Source of the DNA: Utricularia gibba
Taxonomy: Eukaryota > Plantae > Magnoliophyta
Assembly: GCA_002189035.1 (NCBI GenBank)
Contig: NEEC01000037.1
Coordinates: forward strand, 1 to 59,695
DNA: 59,695 nucleotides
Direction of reading: 5' to 3'
Shown: positions 25,401 to 40,400 of the stretch, in pieces
How the letters are laid out: each line of letters begins with the position of its first letter
Numbering within the stretch: the first letter of the stretch is position 1
Program-made: the position numbers and the translations under genes
Notes under the pieces: generated by a model
Database searches by the model: none
Told to the model about the DNA's origin: nothing
What the model saw: the letters and a program-made list of their open reading frames with translations, nothing else

Positions 25401-28400
25401 GTTCTCCTTGTAGGTGGAGTGGATGGTGGTCCCGATGACGCGCCTCCTACATGCACCTCGAACCACGCAGGTAATGCAAGCACACGCAACATCATGCGTC
25501 TTCACTCCACAGCAGGAGGCTCCATGCATGTTTCTAACAGCATCGATCATTCGCTCCCCTTCATTTCGAGCTTCACGAGATGGCTGGAATACCATCGAAA
25601 CCCTGCATATCTTTCCTGGAGCACCCGCCCAAGTGCGACAAAGCTCCTATTTTCTTAGGACATCCGCGTCATGGCCATTCTTCGTCTCAACTTGTTTTCC
25701 CAGAGTGGGCTCGAAGGCGACGATCCGTTAACATGCAGCAAAGGAAGCCAACACTCGCCAACAGAAGGTCACGCTTTGCGGAAACCATGCTCTCTAAAAG
25801 GCATTGCATAACAATCCGAACGAGCTCACCAGCAGGAACTCAGGGAACGTGAGTTGGGACATGATGAAAGGGAAGTATGAGGCGAATTCGCATTCCAATG
25901 TTATCACTATTTGCGATCCCAAAATTGAATCCAAAAGTTCGTAGCAGAGAGGCTGCAAAAAACTACAGAAATCGGTTCTCGAAGGCCGTACCAGCATTCC
26001 AACATGAGGGGCACACGCAAAGGGATCCTTGGAGCAACAAACGGTGGTACGCATACGCGACCAGGGTTGCGCCCAAAGTCATCGATCCTGGATCGCGGCG
26101 TTGTGAACGTCGTTTTCACAATCGTGTAGCTGTGTAGAACCATTCAAGCTGTAGAATGCAAGGTGCGCCTACATGTCCGGTGGTTCGAAGGAGCGTTCAT
26201 CCGCATGAGGTTTCTGCGAGTCCAAGGGTTGGAATGCAGTCAATTAGCCATGGGAGTAAGAAAAAAAGACGAACAAGTCGAGAAACCCTCCAAAAGGGCG
26301 CGGTGTCTAGAACACCTCCTTTGAGAATGGAGGGCGGATGGAACTTGCTCCACATGCCGCGAATGGAGATATGCATACGAAAAAACACCAACATCGGGTC
26401 ACCGACGTCGTTGCCAAGGAACTCTCTACAAGCACCGTGTGACGACCTCCTTTGCAGCTATTGGATCCCCCTGCGGAGTGTCTCCGTACCTCGAAAAAAC
26501 GAGCTTTCTACGGTAGCTCGTTTTCAGGAGCGCATGGCTCTTGAAACTCAGCACATGGATTCGCAATGATGGCAAGGGAGAGCACGTCCAATGGCGTAGT
26601 TACCGCGCCGCAATCGCATTCGAGGAGAAAAGAAGTTGTTTGGAAAAGAATTGGGCATCAAGGAAGACCGTTCAAATAGGCTCACGAAATTTGGAATTGG
26701 AGCAGCAGTACGTGTGACTTGTGTTGCTCCACCATTATGTGCGTCGATGGGTGTAGCGTGTTTGCGCAGTTTCACAAGGATACAGGGTGGCGAACAGTAG
26801 TTTGCAATAAGCATGAAGCGGGGGGTACCGCTTGTGCACAAAAAGCTATAAAAGCTGTCCTTGTATAATTTCCCATGGGTATGAACCAGGTGCCGGGTTC
26901 ACACGCAAGCCTTCAGGTGAATCTACGTGACGATATTCATTCCAAGCTCCGTCGGATAGTGCCACCCTCGATAGCCAGCATATCAATGCTATCTTGACAG
27001 GCTGCTGACGGGAATCGACAGTCCCCGAGCTCACTTTTTGCTACATGGATTTAAAGAAGTTGAGTAGCTTATGTTTGTATGCAGAACACGAGAAGTCCCC
27101 ATCCGTCGCAGAAAAGGGGCGTGGATAGATGTGAGTGTTGCCACTCCCTTCTCTATGACCTTAAAATCGTGTATTTGTGTGCTTCTTGCGGTTTGTCTTC
27201 AGACCGGAATGTCCTTCTTCGAGGTTCACTTCATTGTGGTGCACTCGGGTTGTTCCGCTTGTATTTCCTCACGAGAGGAGATACGTTTGTGTCCTCCTTC
27301 ACTTCATGGAAAGATGTGGGAGCACGCAGCAGATTATGGAGATTTGAAACAGAACACACATCACGAGGCAACCTAACGACGCAGCAACCAGCCCGACCTC
27401 GGTCTACCTGGAGCACCATCAATGAGCATGGCGTTGGAAGTGGCATACTCTACATGCAAAACGTAACCACCACCTCCTCTGACGTATGCTCGGTTCTCCT
27501 TGTAGGTGGAGTGGATGGTGGTCCCGATGACGCGCCTCCTACATGCACCTCGAACCACGCAGGTAATGCAAGCACACGCAACATCATGCGTCTTCACTCC
27601 ACAGCAGGAGGCTCCATGCATGTTTCTAACAGCATCGATCATTCGCTCCCCTTCATTTCGAGCTTCACGAGATGGCTGGAATACCATCGAAACCCTGCAT
27701 ATCTTTCCTGGAGCACCCGCCCAAGTGCGACAAAGCTCCTATTTTCTTAGGACATCCGCGTCATGGCCATTCTTCGTCTCAACTTGTTTTCCCAGAGTGG
27801 GCTCGAAGGCGACGATCCGTTAACATGCAGCAAAGGAAGCCAACACTCGCCAACAGAAGGTCACGCTTTGCGGAAACCATGCTCTCTAAAAGGCATTGCA
27901 TAACAATCCGAACGAGCTCACCAGCAGGAACTCAGGGAACGTGAGTTGGGACATGATGAAAGGGAAGTATGAGGCGAATTCGCATTCCAATGTTATCACT
28001 ATTTGCGATCCCAAAATTGAATCCAAAAGTTCGTAGCAGAGAGGCTGCAAAAAACTACAGAAATCGGTTCTCGAAGGCCGTACCAGCATTCCAACATGAG
28101 GGGCACACGCAAAGGGATCCTTGGAGCAACAAACGGTGGTACGCATACGCGACCAGGGTTGCGCCCAAAGTCATCGATCCTGGATCGCGGCGTTGTGAAC
28201 GTCGTTTTCACAATCGTGTAGCTGTGTAGAACCATTCAAGCTGTAGAATGCAAGGTGCGCCTACATGTCCGGTGGTTCGAAGGAGCGTTCATCCGCATGA
28301 GGTTTCTGCGAGTCCAAGGGTTGGAATGCAGTCAATTAGCCATGGGAGTAAGAAAAAAAGACGAACAAGTCGAGAAACCCTCCAAAAGGGCGCGGTGTCT

Positions 28401-31400
28401 AGAACACCTCCTTTGAGAATGGAGGGCGGATGGAACTTGCTCCACATGCCGCGAATGGAGATATGCATACGAAAAAACACCAACATCGGGTCACCGACGT
28501 CGTTGCCAAGGAACTCTCTACAAGCACCGTGTGACGACCTCCTTTGCAGCTATTGGATCCCCCTGCGGAGTGTCTCCGTACCTCGAAAAAACGAGCTTTC
28601 TACGGTAGCTCGTTTTCAGGAGCGCATGGCTCTTGAAACTCAGCACATGGATTCGCAATGATGGCAAGGGAGAGCACGTCCAATGGCGTAGTTACCGCGC
28701 CGCAATCGCATTCGAGGAGAAAAGAAGTTGTTTGGAAAAGAATTGGGCATCAAGGAAGACCGTTCAAATAGGCTCACGAAATTTGGAATTGGAGCAGCAG
28801 TACGTGTGACTTGTGTTGCTCCACCATTATGTGCGTCGATGGGTGTAGCGTGTTTGCGCAGTTTCACAAGGATACAGGGTGGCGAACAGTAGTTTGCAAT
28901 AAGCATGAAGCGGGGGGTACCGCTTGTGCACAAAAAGCTATAAAAGCTGTCCTTGTATAATTTCCCATGGGTATGAACCAGGTGCCGGGTTCACACGCAA
29001 GCCTTCAGGTGAATCTACGTGACGATATTCATTCCAAGCTCCGTCGGATAGTGCCACCCTCGATAGCCAGCATATCAATGCTATCTTGACAGGCTGCTGA
29101 CGGGAATCGACAGTCCCCGAGCTCACTTTTTGCTACATGGATTTAAAGAAGTTGAGTAGCTTATGTTTGTATGCAGAACACGAGAAGTCCCCATCCGTCG
29201 CAGAAAAGGGGCGTGGATAGATGTGAGTGTTGCCACTCCCTTCTCTATGACCTTAAAATCGTGTATTTGTGTGCTTCTTGCGGTTTGTCTTCAGACCGGA
29301 ATGTCCTTCTTCGAGGTTCACTTCATTGTGGTGCACTCGGGTTGTTCCGCTTGTATTTCCTCACGAGAGGAGATACGTTTGTGTCCTCCTTCACTTCATG
29401 GAAAGATGTGGGAGCACGCAGCAGATTATGGAGATTTGAAACAGAACACACATCACGAGGCAACCTAACGACGCAGCAACCAGCCCGACCTCGGTCTACC
29501 TGGAGCACCATCAATGAGCATGGCGTTGGAAGTGGCATACTCTACATGCAAAACGTAACCACCACCTCCTCTGACGTATGCTCGGTTCTCCTTGTAGGTG
29601 GAGTGGATGGTGGTCCCGATGACGCGCCTCCTACATGCACCTCGAACCACGCAGGTAATGCAAGCACACGCAACATCATGCGTCTTCACTCCACAGCAGG
29701 AGGCTCCATGCATGTTTCTAACAGCATCGATCATTCGCTCCCCTTCATTTCGAGCTTCACGAGATGGCTGGAATACCATCGAAACCCTGCATATCTTTCC
29801 TGGAGCACCCGCCCAAGTGCGACAAAGCTCCTATTTTCTTAGGACATCCGCGTCATGGCCATTCTTCGTCTCAACTTGTTTTCCCAGAGTGGGCTCGAAG
29901 GCGACGATCCGTTAACATGCAGCAAAGGAAGCCAACACTCGCCAACAGAAGGTCACGCTTTGCGGAAACCATGCTCTCTAAAAGGCATTGCATAACAATC
30001 CGAACGAGCTCACCAGCAGGAACTCAGGGAACGTGAGTTGGGACATGATGAAAGGGAAGTATGAGGCGAATTCGCATTCCAATGTTATCACTATTTGCGA
30101 TCCCAAAATTGAATCCAAAAGTTCGTAGCAGAGAGGCTGCAAAAAACTACAGAAATCGGTTCTCGAAGGCCGTACCAGCATTCCAACATGAGGGGCACAC
30201 GCAAAGGGATCCTTGGAGCAACAAACGGTGGTACGCATACGCGACCAGGGTTGCGCCCAAAGTCATCGATCCTGGATCGCGGCGTTGTGAACGTCGTTTT
30301 CACAATCGTGTAGCTGTGTAGAACCATTCAAGCTGTAGAATGCAAGGTGCGCCTACATGTCCGGTGGTTCGAAGGAGCGTTCATCCGCATGAGGTTTCTG
30401 CGAGTCCAAGGGTTGGAATGCAGTCAATTAGCCATGGGAGTAAGAAAAAAAGACGAACAAGTCGAGAAACCCTCCAAAAGGGCGCGGTGTCTAGAACACC
30501 TCCTTTGAGAATGGAGGGCGGATGGAACTTGCTCCACATGCCGCGAATGGAGATATGCATACGAAAAAACACCAACATCGGGTCACCGACGTCGTTGCCA
30601 AGGAACTCTCTACAAGCACCGTGTGACGACCTCCTTTGCAGCTATTGGATCCCCCTGCGGAGTGTCTCCGTACCTCGAAAAAACGAGCTTTCTACGGTAG
30701 CTCGTTTTCAGGAGCGCATGGCTCTTGAAACTCAGCACATGGATTCGCAATGATGGCAAGGGAGAGCACGTCCAATGGCGTAGTTACCGCGCCGCAATCG
30801 CATTCGAGGAGAAAAGAAGTTGTTTGGAAAAGAATTGGGCATCAAGGAAGACCGTTCAAATAGGCTCACGAAATTTGGAATTGGAGCAGCAGTACGTGTG
30901 ACTTGTGTTGCTCCACCATTATGTGCGTCGATGGGTGTAGCGTGTTTGCGCAGTTTCACAAGGATACAGGGTGGCGAACAGTAGTTTGCAATAAGCATGA
31001 AGCGGGGGGTACCGCTTGTGCACAAAAAGCTATAAAAGCTGTCCTTGTATAATTTCCCATGGGTATGAACCAGGTGCCGGGTTCACACGCAAGCCTTCAG
31101 GTGAATCTACGTGACGATATTCATTCCAAGCTCCGTCGGATAGTGCCACCCTCGATAGCCAGCATATCAATGCTATCTTGACAGGCTGCTGACGGGAATC
31201 GACAGTCCCCGAGCTCACTTTTTGCTACATGGATTTAAAGAAGTTGAGTAGCTTATGTTTGTATGCAGAACACGAGAAGTCCCCATCCGTCGCAGAAAAG
31301 GGGCGTGGATAGATGTGAGTGTTGCCACTCCCTTCTCTATGACCTTAAAATCGTGTATTTGTGTGCTTCTTGCGGTTTGTCTTCAGACCGGAATGTCCTT

Positions 31401-34400
31401 CTTCGAGGTTCACTTCATTGTGGTGCACTCGGGTTGTTCCGCTTGTATTTCCTCACGAGAGGAGATACGTTTGTGTCCTCCTTCACTTCATGGAAAGATG
31501 TGGGAGCACGCAGCAGATTATGGAGATTTGAAACAGAACACACATCACGAGGCAACCTAACGACGCAGCAACCAGCCCGACCTCGGTCTACCTGGAGCAC
31601 CATCAATGAGCATGGCGTTGGAAGTGGCATACTCTACATGCAAAACGTAACCACCACCTCCTCTGACGTATGCTCGGTTCTCCTTGTAGGTGGAGTGGAT
31701 GGTGGTCCCGATGACGCGCCTCCTACATGCACCTCGAACCACGCAGGTAATGCAAGCACACGCAACATCATGCGTCTTCACTCCACAGCAGGAGGCTCCA
31801 TGCATGTTTCTAACAGCATCGATCATTCGCTCCCCTTCATTTCGAGCTTCACGAGATGGCTGGAATACCATCGAAACCCTGCATATCTTTCCTGGAGCAC
31901 CCGCCCAAGTGCGACAAAGCTCCTATTTTCTTAGGACATCCGCGTCATGGCCATTCTTCGTCTCAACTTGTTTTCCCAGAGTGGGCTCGAAGGCGACGAT
32001 CCGTTAACATGCAGCAAAGGAAGCCAACACTCGCCAACAGAAGGTCACGCTTTGCGGAAACCATGCTCTCTAAAAGGCATTGCATAACAATCCGAACGAG
32101 CTCACCAGCAGGAACTCAGGGAACGTGAGTTGGGACATGATGAAAGGGAAGTATGAGGCGAATTCGCATTCCAATGTTATCACTATTTGCGATCCCAAAA
32201 TTGAATCCAAAAGTTCGTAGCAGAGAGGCTGCAAAAAACTACAGAAATCGGTTCTCGAAGGCCGTACCAGCATTCCAACATGAGGGGCACACGCAAAGGG
32301 ATCCTTGGAGCAACAAACGGTGGTACGCATACGCGACCAGGGTTGCGCCCAAAGTCATCGATCCTGGATCGCGGCGTTGTGAACGTCGTTTTCACAATCG
32401 TGTAGCTGTGTAGAACCATTCAAGCTGTAGAATGCAAGGTGCGCCTACATGTCCGGTGGTTCGAAGGAGCGTTCATCCGCATGAGGTTTCTGCGAGTCCA
32501 AGGGTTGGAATGCAGTCAATTAGCCATGGGAGTAAGAAAAAAAGACGAACAAGTCGAGAAACCCTCCAAAAGGGCGCGGTGTCTAGAACACCTCCTTTGA
32601 GAATGGAGGGCGGATGGAACTTGCTCCACATGCCGCGAATGGAGATATGCATACGAAAAAACACCAACATCGGGTCACCGACGTCGTTGCCAAGGAACTC
32701 TCTACAAGCACCGTGTGACGACCTCCTTTGCAGCTATTGGATCCCCCTGCGGAGTGTCTCCGTACCTCGAAAAAACGAGCTTTCTACGGTAGCTCGTTTT
32801 CAGGAGCGCATGGCTCTTGAAACTCAGCACATGGATTCGCAATGATGGCAAGGGAGAGCACGTCCAATGGCGTAGTTACCGCGCCGCAATCGCATTCGAG
32901 GAGAAAAGAAGTTGTTTGGAAAAGAATTGGGCATCAAGGAAGACCGTTCAAATAGGCTCACGAAATTTGGAATTGGAGCAGCAGTACGTGTGACTTGTGT
33001 TGCTCCACCATTATGTGCGTCGATGGGTGTAGCGTGTTTGCGCAGTTTCACAAGGATACAGGGTGGCGAACAGTAGTTTGCAATAAGCATGAAGCGGGGG
33101 GTACCGCTTGTGCACAAAAAGCTATAAAAGCTGTCCTTGTATAATTTCCCATGGGTATGAACCAGGTGCCGGGTTCACACGCAAGCCTTCAGGTGAATCT
33201 ACGTGACGATATTCATTCCAAGCTCCGTCGGATAGTGCCACCCTCGATAGCCAGCATATCAATGCTATCTTGACAGGCTGCTGACGGGAATCGACAGTCC
33301 CCGAGCTCACTTTTTGCTACATGGATTTAAAGAAGTTGAGTAGCTTATGTTTGTATGCAGAACACGAGAAGTCCCCATCCGTCGCAGAAAAGGGGCGTGG
33401 ATAGATGTGAGTGTTGCCACTCCCTTCTCTATGACCTTAAAATCGTGTATTTGTGTGCTTCTTGCGGTTTGTCTTCAGACCGGAATGTCCTTCTTCGAGG
33501 TTCACTTCATTGTGGTGCACTCGGGTTGTTCCGCTTGTATTTCCTCACGAGAGGAGATACGTTTGTGTCCTCCTTCACTTCATGGAAAGATGTGGGAGCA
33601 CGCAGCAGATTATGGAGATTTGAAACAGAACACACATCACGAGGCAACCTAACGACGCAGCAACCAGCCCGACCTCGGTCTACCTGGAGCACCATCAATG
33701 AGCATGGCGTTGGAAGTGGCATACTCTACATGCAAAACGTAACCACCACCTCCTCTGACGTATGCTCGGTTCTCCTTGTAGGTGGAGTGGATGGTGGTCC
33801 CGATGACGCGCCTCCTACATGCACCTCGAACCACGCAGGTAATGCAAGCACACGCAACATCATGCGTCTTCACTCCACAGCAGGAGGCTCCATGCATGTT
33901 TCTAACAGCATCGATCATTCGCTCCCCTTCATTTCGAGCTTCACGAGATGGCTGGAATACCATCGAAACCCTGCATATCTTTCCTGGAGCACCCGCCCAA
34001 GTGCGACAAAGCTCCTATTTTCTTAGGACATCCGCGTCATGGCCATTCTTCGTCTCAACTTGTTTTCCCAGAGTGGGCTCGAAGGCGACGATCCGTTAAC
34101 ATGCAGCAAAGGAAGCCAACACTCGCCAACAGAAGGTCACGCTTTGCGGAAACCATGCTCTCTAAAAGGCATTGCATAACAATCCGAACGAGCTCACCAG
34201 CAGGAACTCAGGGAACGTGAGTTGGGACATGATGAAAGGGAAGTATGAGGCGAATTCGCATTCCAATGTTATCACTATTTGCGATCCCAAAATTGAATCC
34301 AAAAGTTCGTAGCAGAGAGGCTGCAAAAAACTACAGAAATCGGTTCTCGAAGGCCGTACCAGCATTCCAACATGAGGGGCACACGCAAAGGGATCCTTGG

Positions 34401-37400
34401 AGCAACAAACGGTGGTACGCATACGCGACCAGGGTTGCGCCCAAAGTCATCGATCCTGGATCGCGGCGTTGTGAACGTCGTTTTCACAATCGTGTAGCTG
34501 TGTAGAACCATTCAAGCTGTAGAATGCAAGGTGCGCCTACATGTCCGGTGGTTCGAAGGAGCGTTCATCCGCATGAGGTTTCTGCGAGTCCAAGGGTTGG
34601 AATGCAGTCAATTAGCCATGGGAGTAAGAAAAAAAGACGAACAAGTCGAGAAACCCTCCAAAAGGGCGCGGTGTCTAGAACACCTCCTTTGAGAATGGAG
34701 GGCGGATGGAACTTGCTCCACATGCCGCGAATGGAGATATGCATACGAAAAAACACCAACATCGGGTCACCGACGTCGTTGCCAAGGAACTCTCTACAAG
34801 CACCGTGTGACGACCTCCTTTGCAGCTATTGGATCCCCCTGCGGAGTGTCTCCGTACCTCGAAAAAACGAGCTTTCTACGGTAGCTCGTTTTCAGGAGCG
34901 CATGGCTCTTGAAACTCAGCACATGGATTCGCAATGATGGCAAGGGAGAGCACGTCCAATGGCGTAGTTACCGCGCCGCAATCGCATTCGAGGAGAAAAG
35001 AAGTTGTTTGGAAAAGAATTGGGCATCAAGGAAGACCGTTCAAATAGGCTCACGAAATTTGGAATTGGAGCAGCAGTACGTGTGACTTGTGTTGCTCCAC
35101 CATTATGTGCGTCGATGGGTGTAGCGTGTTTGCGCAGTTTCACAAGGATACAGGGTGGCGAACAGTAGTTTGCAATAAGCATGAAGCGGGGGGTACCGCT
35201 TGTGCACAAAAAGCTATAAAAGCTGTCCTTGTATAATTTCCCATGGGTATGAACCAGGTGCCGGGTTCACACGCAAGCCTTCAGGTGAATCTACGTGACG
35301 ATATTCATTCCAAGCTCCGTCGGATAGTGCCACCCTCGATAGCCAGCATATCAATGCTATCTTGACAGGCTGCTGACGGGAATCGACAGTCCCCGAGCTC
35401 ACTTTTTGCTACATGGATTTAAAGAAGTTGAGTAGCTTATGTTTGTATGCAGAACACGAGAAGTCCCCATCCGTCGCAGAAAAGGGGCGTGGATAGATGT
35501 GAGTGTTGCCACTCCCTTCTCTATGACCTTAAAATCGTGTATTTGTGTGCTTCTTGCGGTTTGTCTTCAGACCGGAATGTCCTTCTTCGAGGTTCACTTC
35601 ATTGTGGTGCACTCGGGTTGTTCCGCTTGTATTTCCTCACGAGAGGAGATACGTTTGTGTCCTCCTTCACTTCATGGAAAGATGTGGGAGCACGCAGCAG
35701 ATTATGGAGATTTGAAACAGAACACACATCACGAGGCAACCTAACGACGCAGCAACCAGCCCGACCTCGGTCTACCTGGAGCACCATCAATGAGCATGGC
35801 GTTGGAAGTGGCATACTCTACATGCAAAACGTAACCACCACCTCCTCTGACGTATGCTCGGTTCTCCTTGTAGGTGGAGTGGATGGTGGTCCCGATGACG
35901 CGCCTCCTACATGCACCTCGAACCACGCAGGTAATGCAAGCACACGCAACATCATGCGTCTTCACTCCACAGCAGGAGGCTCCATGCATGTTTCTAACAG
36001 CATCGATCATTCGCTCCCCTTCATTTCGAGCTTCACGAGATGGCTGGAATACCATCGAAACCCTGCATATCTTTCCTGGAGCACCCGCCCAAGTGCGACA
36101 AAGCTCCTATTTTCTTAGGACATCCGCGTCATGGCCATTCTTCGTCTCAACTTGTTTTCCCAGAGTGGGCTCGAAGGCGACGATCCGTTAACATGCAGCA
36201 AAGGAAGCCAACACTCGCCAACAGAAGGTCACGCTTTGCGGAAACCATGCTCTCTAAAAGGCATTGCATAACAATCCGAACGAGCTCACCAGCAGGAACT
36301 CAGGGAACGTGAGTTGGGACATGATGAAAGGGAAGTATGAGGCGAATTCGCATTCCAATGTTATCACTATTTGCGATCCCAAAATTGAATCCAAAAGTTC
36401 GTAGCAGAGAGGCTGCAAAAAACTACAGAAATCGGTTCTCGAAGGCCGTACCAGCATTCCAACATGAGGGGCACACGCAAAGGGATCCTTGGAGCAACAA
36501 ACGGTGGTACGCATACGCGACCAGGGTTGCGCCCAAAGTCATCGATCCTGGATCGCGGCGTTGTGAACGTCGTTTTCACAATCGTGTAGCTGTGTAGAAC
36601 CATTCAAGCTGTAGAATGCAAGGTGCGCCTACATGTCCGGTGGTTCGAAGGAGCGTTCATCCGCATGAGGTTTCTGCGAGTCCAAGGGTTGGAATGCAGT
36701 CAATTAGCCATGGGAGTAAGAAAAAAAGACGAACAAGTCGAGAAACCCTCCAAAAGGGCGCGGTGTCTAGAACACCTCCTTTGAGAATGGAGGGCGGATG
36801 GAACTTGCTCCACATGCCGCGAATGGAGATATGCATACGAAAAAACACCAACATCGGGTCACCGACGTCGTTGCCAAGGAACTCTCTACAAGCACCGTGT
36901 GACGACCTCCTTTGCAGCTATTGGATCCCCCTGCGGAGTGTCTCCGTACCTCGAAAAAACGAGCTTTCTACGGTAGCTCGTTTTCAGGAGCGCATGGCTC
37001 TTGAAACTCAGCACATGGATTCGCAATGATGGCAAGGGAGAGCACGTCCAATGGCGTAGTTACCGCGCCGCAATCGCATTCGAGGAGAAAAGAAGTTGTT
37101 TGGAAAAGAATTGGGCATCAAGGAAGACCGTTCAAATAGGCTCACGAAATTTGGAATTGGAGCAGCAGTACGTGTGACTTGTGTTGCTCCACCATTATGT
37201 GCGTCGATGGGTGTAGCGTGTTTGCGCAGTTTCACAAGGATACAGGGTGGCGAACAGTAGTTTGCAATAAGCATGAAGCGGGGGGTACCGCTTGTGCACA
37301 AAAAGCTATAAAAGCTGTCCTTGTATAATTTCCCATGGGTATGAACCAGGTGCCGGGTTCACACGCAAGCCTTCAGGTGAATCTACGTGACGATATTCAT

Positions 37401-40400
37401 TCCAAGCTCCGTCGGATAGTGCCACCCTCGATAGCCAGCATATCAATGCTATCTTGACAGGCTGCTGACGGGAATCGACAGTCCCCGAGCTCACTTTTTG
37501 CTACATGGATTTAAAGAAGTTGAGTAGCTTATGTTTGTATGCAGAACACGAGAAGTCCCCATCCGTCGCAGAAAAGGGGCGTGGATAGATGTGAGTGTTG
37601 CCACTCCCTTCTCTATGACCTTAAAATCGTGTATTTGTGTGCTTCTTGCGGTTTGTCTTCAGACCGGAATGTCCTTCTTCGAGGTTCACTTCATTGTGGT
37701 GCACTCGGGTTGTTCCGCTTGTATTTCCTCACGAGAGGAGATACGTTTGTGTCCTCCTTCACTTCATGGAAAGATGTGGGAGCACGCAGCAGATTATGGA
37801 GATTTGAAACAGAACACACATCACGAGGCAACCTAACGACGCAGCAACCAGCCCGACCTCGGTCTACCTGGAGCACCATCAATGAGCATGGCGTTGGAAG
37901 TGGCATACTCTACATGCAAAACGTAACCACCACCTCCTCTGACGTATGCTCGGTTCTCCTTGTAGGTGGAGTGGATGGTGGTCCCGATGACGCGCCTCCT
38001 ACATGCACCTCGAACCACGCAGGTAATGCAAGCACACGCAACATCATGCGTCTTCACTCCACAGCAGGAGGCTCCATGCATGTTTCTAACAGCATCGATC
38101 ATTCGCTCCCCTTCATTTCGAGCTTCACGAGATGGCTGGAATACCATCGAAACCCTGCATATCTTTCCTGGAGCACCCGCCCAAGTGCGACAAAGCTCCT
38201 ATTTTCTTAGGACATCCGCGTCATGGCCATTCTTCGTCTCAACTTGTTTTCCCAGAGTGGGCTCGAAGGCGACGATCCGTTAACATGCAGCAAAGGAAGC
38301 CAACACTCGCCAACAGAAGGTCACGCTTTGCGGAAACCATGCTCTCTAAAAGGCATTGCATAACAATCCGAACGAGCTCACCAGCAGGAACTCAGGGAAC
38401 GTGAGTTGGGACATGATGAAAGGGAAGTATGAGGCGAATTCGCATTCCAATGTTATCACTATTTGCGATCCCAAAATTGAATCCAAAAGTTCGTAGCAGA
38501 GAGGCTGCAAAAAACTACAGAAATCGGTTCTCGAAGGCCGTACCAGCATTCCAACATGAGGGGCACACGCAAAGGGATCCTTGGAGCAACAAACGGTGGT
38601 ACGCATACGCGACCAGGGTTGCGCCCAAAGTCATCGATCCTGGATCGCGGCGTTGTGAACGTCGTTTTCACAATCGTGTAGCTGTGTAGAACCATTCAAG
38701 CTGTAGAATGCAAGGTGCGCCTACATGTCCGGTGGTTCGAAGGAGCGTTCATCCGCATGAGGTTTCTGCGAGTCCAAGGGTTGGAATGCAGTCAATTAGC
38801 CATGGGAGTAAGAAAAAAAGACGAACAAGTCGAGAAACCCTCCAAAAGGGCGCGGTGTCTAGAACACCTCCTTTGAGAATGGAGGGCGGATGGAACTTGC
38901 TCCACATGCCGCGAATGGAGATATGCATACGAAAAAACACCAACATCGGGTCACCGACGTCGTTGCCAAGGAACTCTCTACAAGCACCGTGTGACGACCT
39001 CCTTTGCAGCTATTGGATCCCCCTGCGGAGTGTCTCCGTACCTCGAAAAAACGAGCTTTCTACGGTAGCTCGTTTTCAGGAGCGCATGGCTCTTGAAACT
39101 CAGCACATGGATTCGCAATGATGGCAAGGGAGAGCACGTCCAATGGCGTAGTTACCGCGCCGCAATCGCATTCGAGGAGAAAAGAAGTTGTTTGGAAAAG
39201 AATTGGGCATCAAGGAAGACCGTTCAAATAGGCTCACGAAATTTGGAATTGGAGCAGCAGTACGTGTGACTTGTGTTGCTCCACCATTATGTGCGTCGAT
39301 GGGTGTAGCGTGTTTGCGCAGTTTCACAAGGATACAGGGTGGCGAACAGTAGTTTGCAATAAGCATGAAGCGGGGGGTACCGCTTGTGCACAAAAAGCTA
39401 TAAAAGCTGTCCTTGTATAATTTCCCATGGGTATGAACCAGGTGCCGGGTTCACACGCAAGCCTTCAGGTGAATCTACGTGACGATATTCATTCCAAGCT
39501 CCGTCGGATAGTGCCACCCTCGATAGCCAGCATATCAATGCTATCTTGACAGGCTGCTGACGGGAATCGACAGTCCCCGAGCTCACTTTTTGCTACATGG
39601 ATTTAAAGAAGTTGAGTAGCTTATGTTTGTATGCAGAACACGAGAAGTCCCCATCCGTCGCAGAAAAGGGGCGTGGATAGATGTGAGTGTTGCCACTCCC
39701 TTCTCTATGACCTTAAAATCGTGTATTTGTGTGCTTCTTGCGGTTTGTCTTCAGACCGGAATGTCCTTCTTCGAGGTTCACTTCATTGTGGTGCACTCGG
39801 GTTGTTCCGCTTGTATTTCCTCACGAGAGGAGATACGTTTGTGTCCTCCTTCACTTCATGGAAAGATGTGGGAGCACGCAGCAGATTATGGAGATTTGAA
39901 ACAGAACACACATCACGAGGCAACCTAACGACGCAGCAACCAGCCCGACCTCGGTCTACCTGGAGCACCATCAATGAGCATGGCGTTGGAAGTGGCATAC
40001 TCTACATGCAAAACGTAACCACCACCTCCTCTGACGTATGCTCGGTTCTCCTTGTAGGTGGAGTGGATGGTGGTCCCGATGACGCGCCTCCTACATGCAC
40101 CTCGAACCACGCAGGTAATGCAAGCACACGCAACATCATGCGTCTTCACTCCACAGCAGGAGGCTCCATGCATGTTTCTAACAGCATCGATCATTCGCTC
40201 CCCTTCATTTCGAGCTTCACGAGATGGCTGGAATACCATCGAAACCCTGCATATCTTTCCTGGAGCACCCGCCCAAGTGCGACAAAGCTCCTATTTTCTT
40301 AGGACATCCGCGTCATGGCCATTCTTCGTCTCAACTTGTTTTCCCAGAGTGGGCTCGAAGGCGACGATCCGTTAACATGCAGCAAAGGAAGCCAACACTC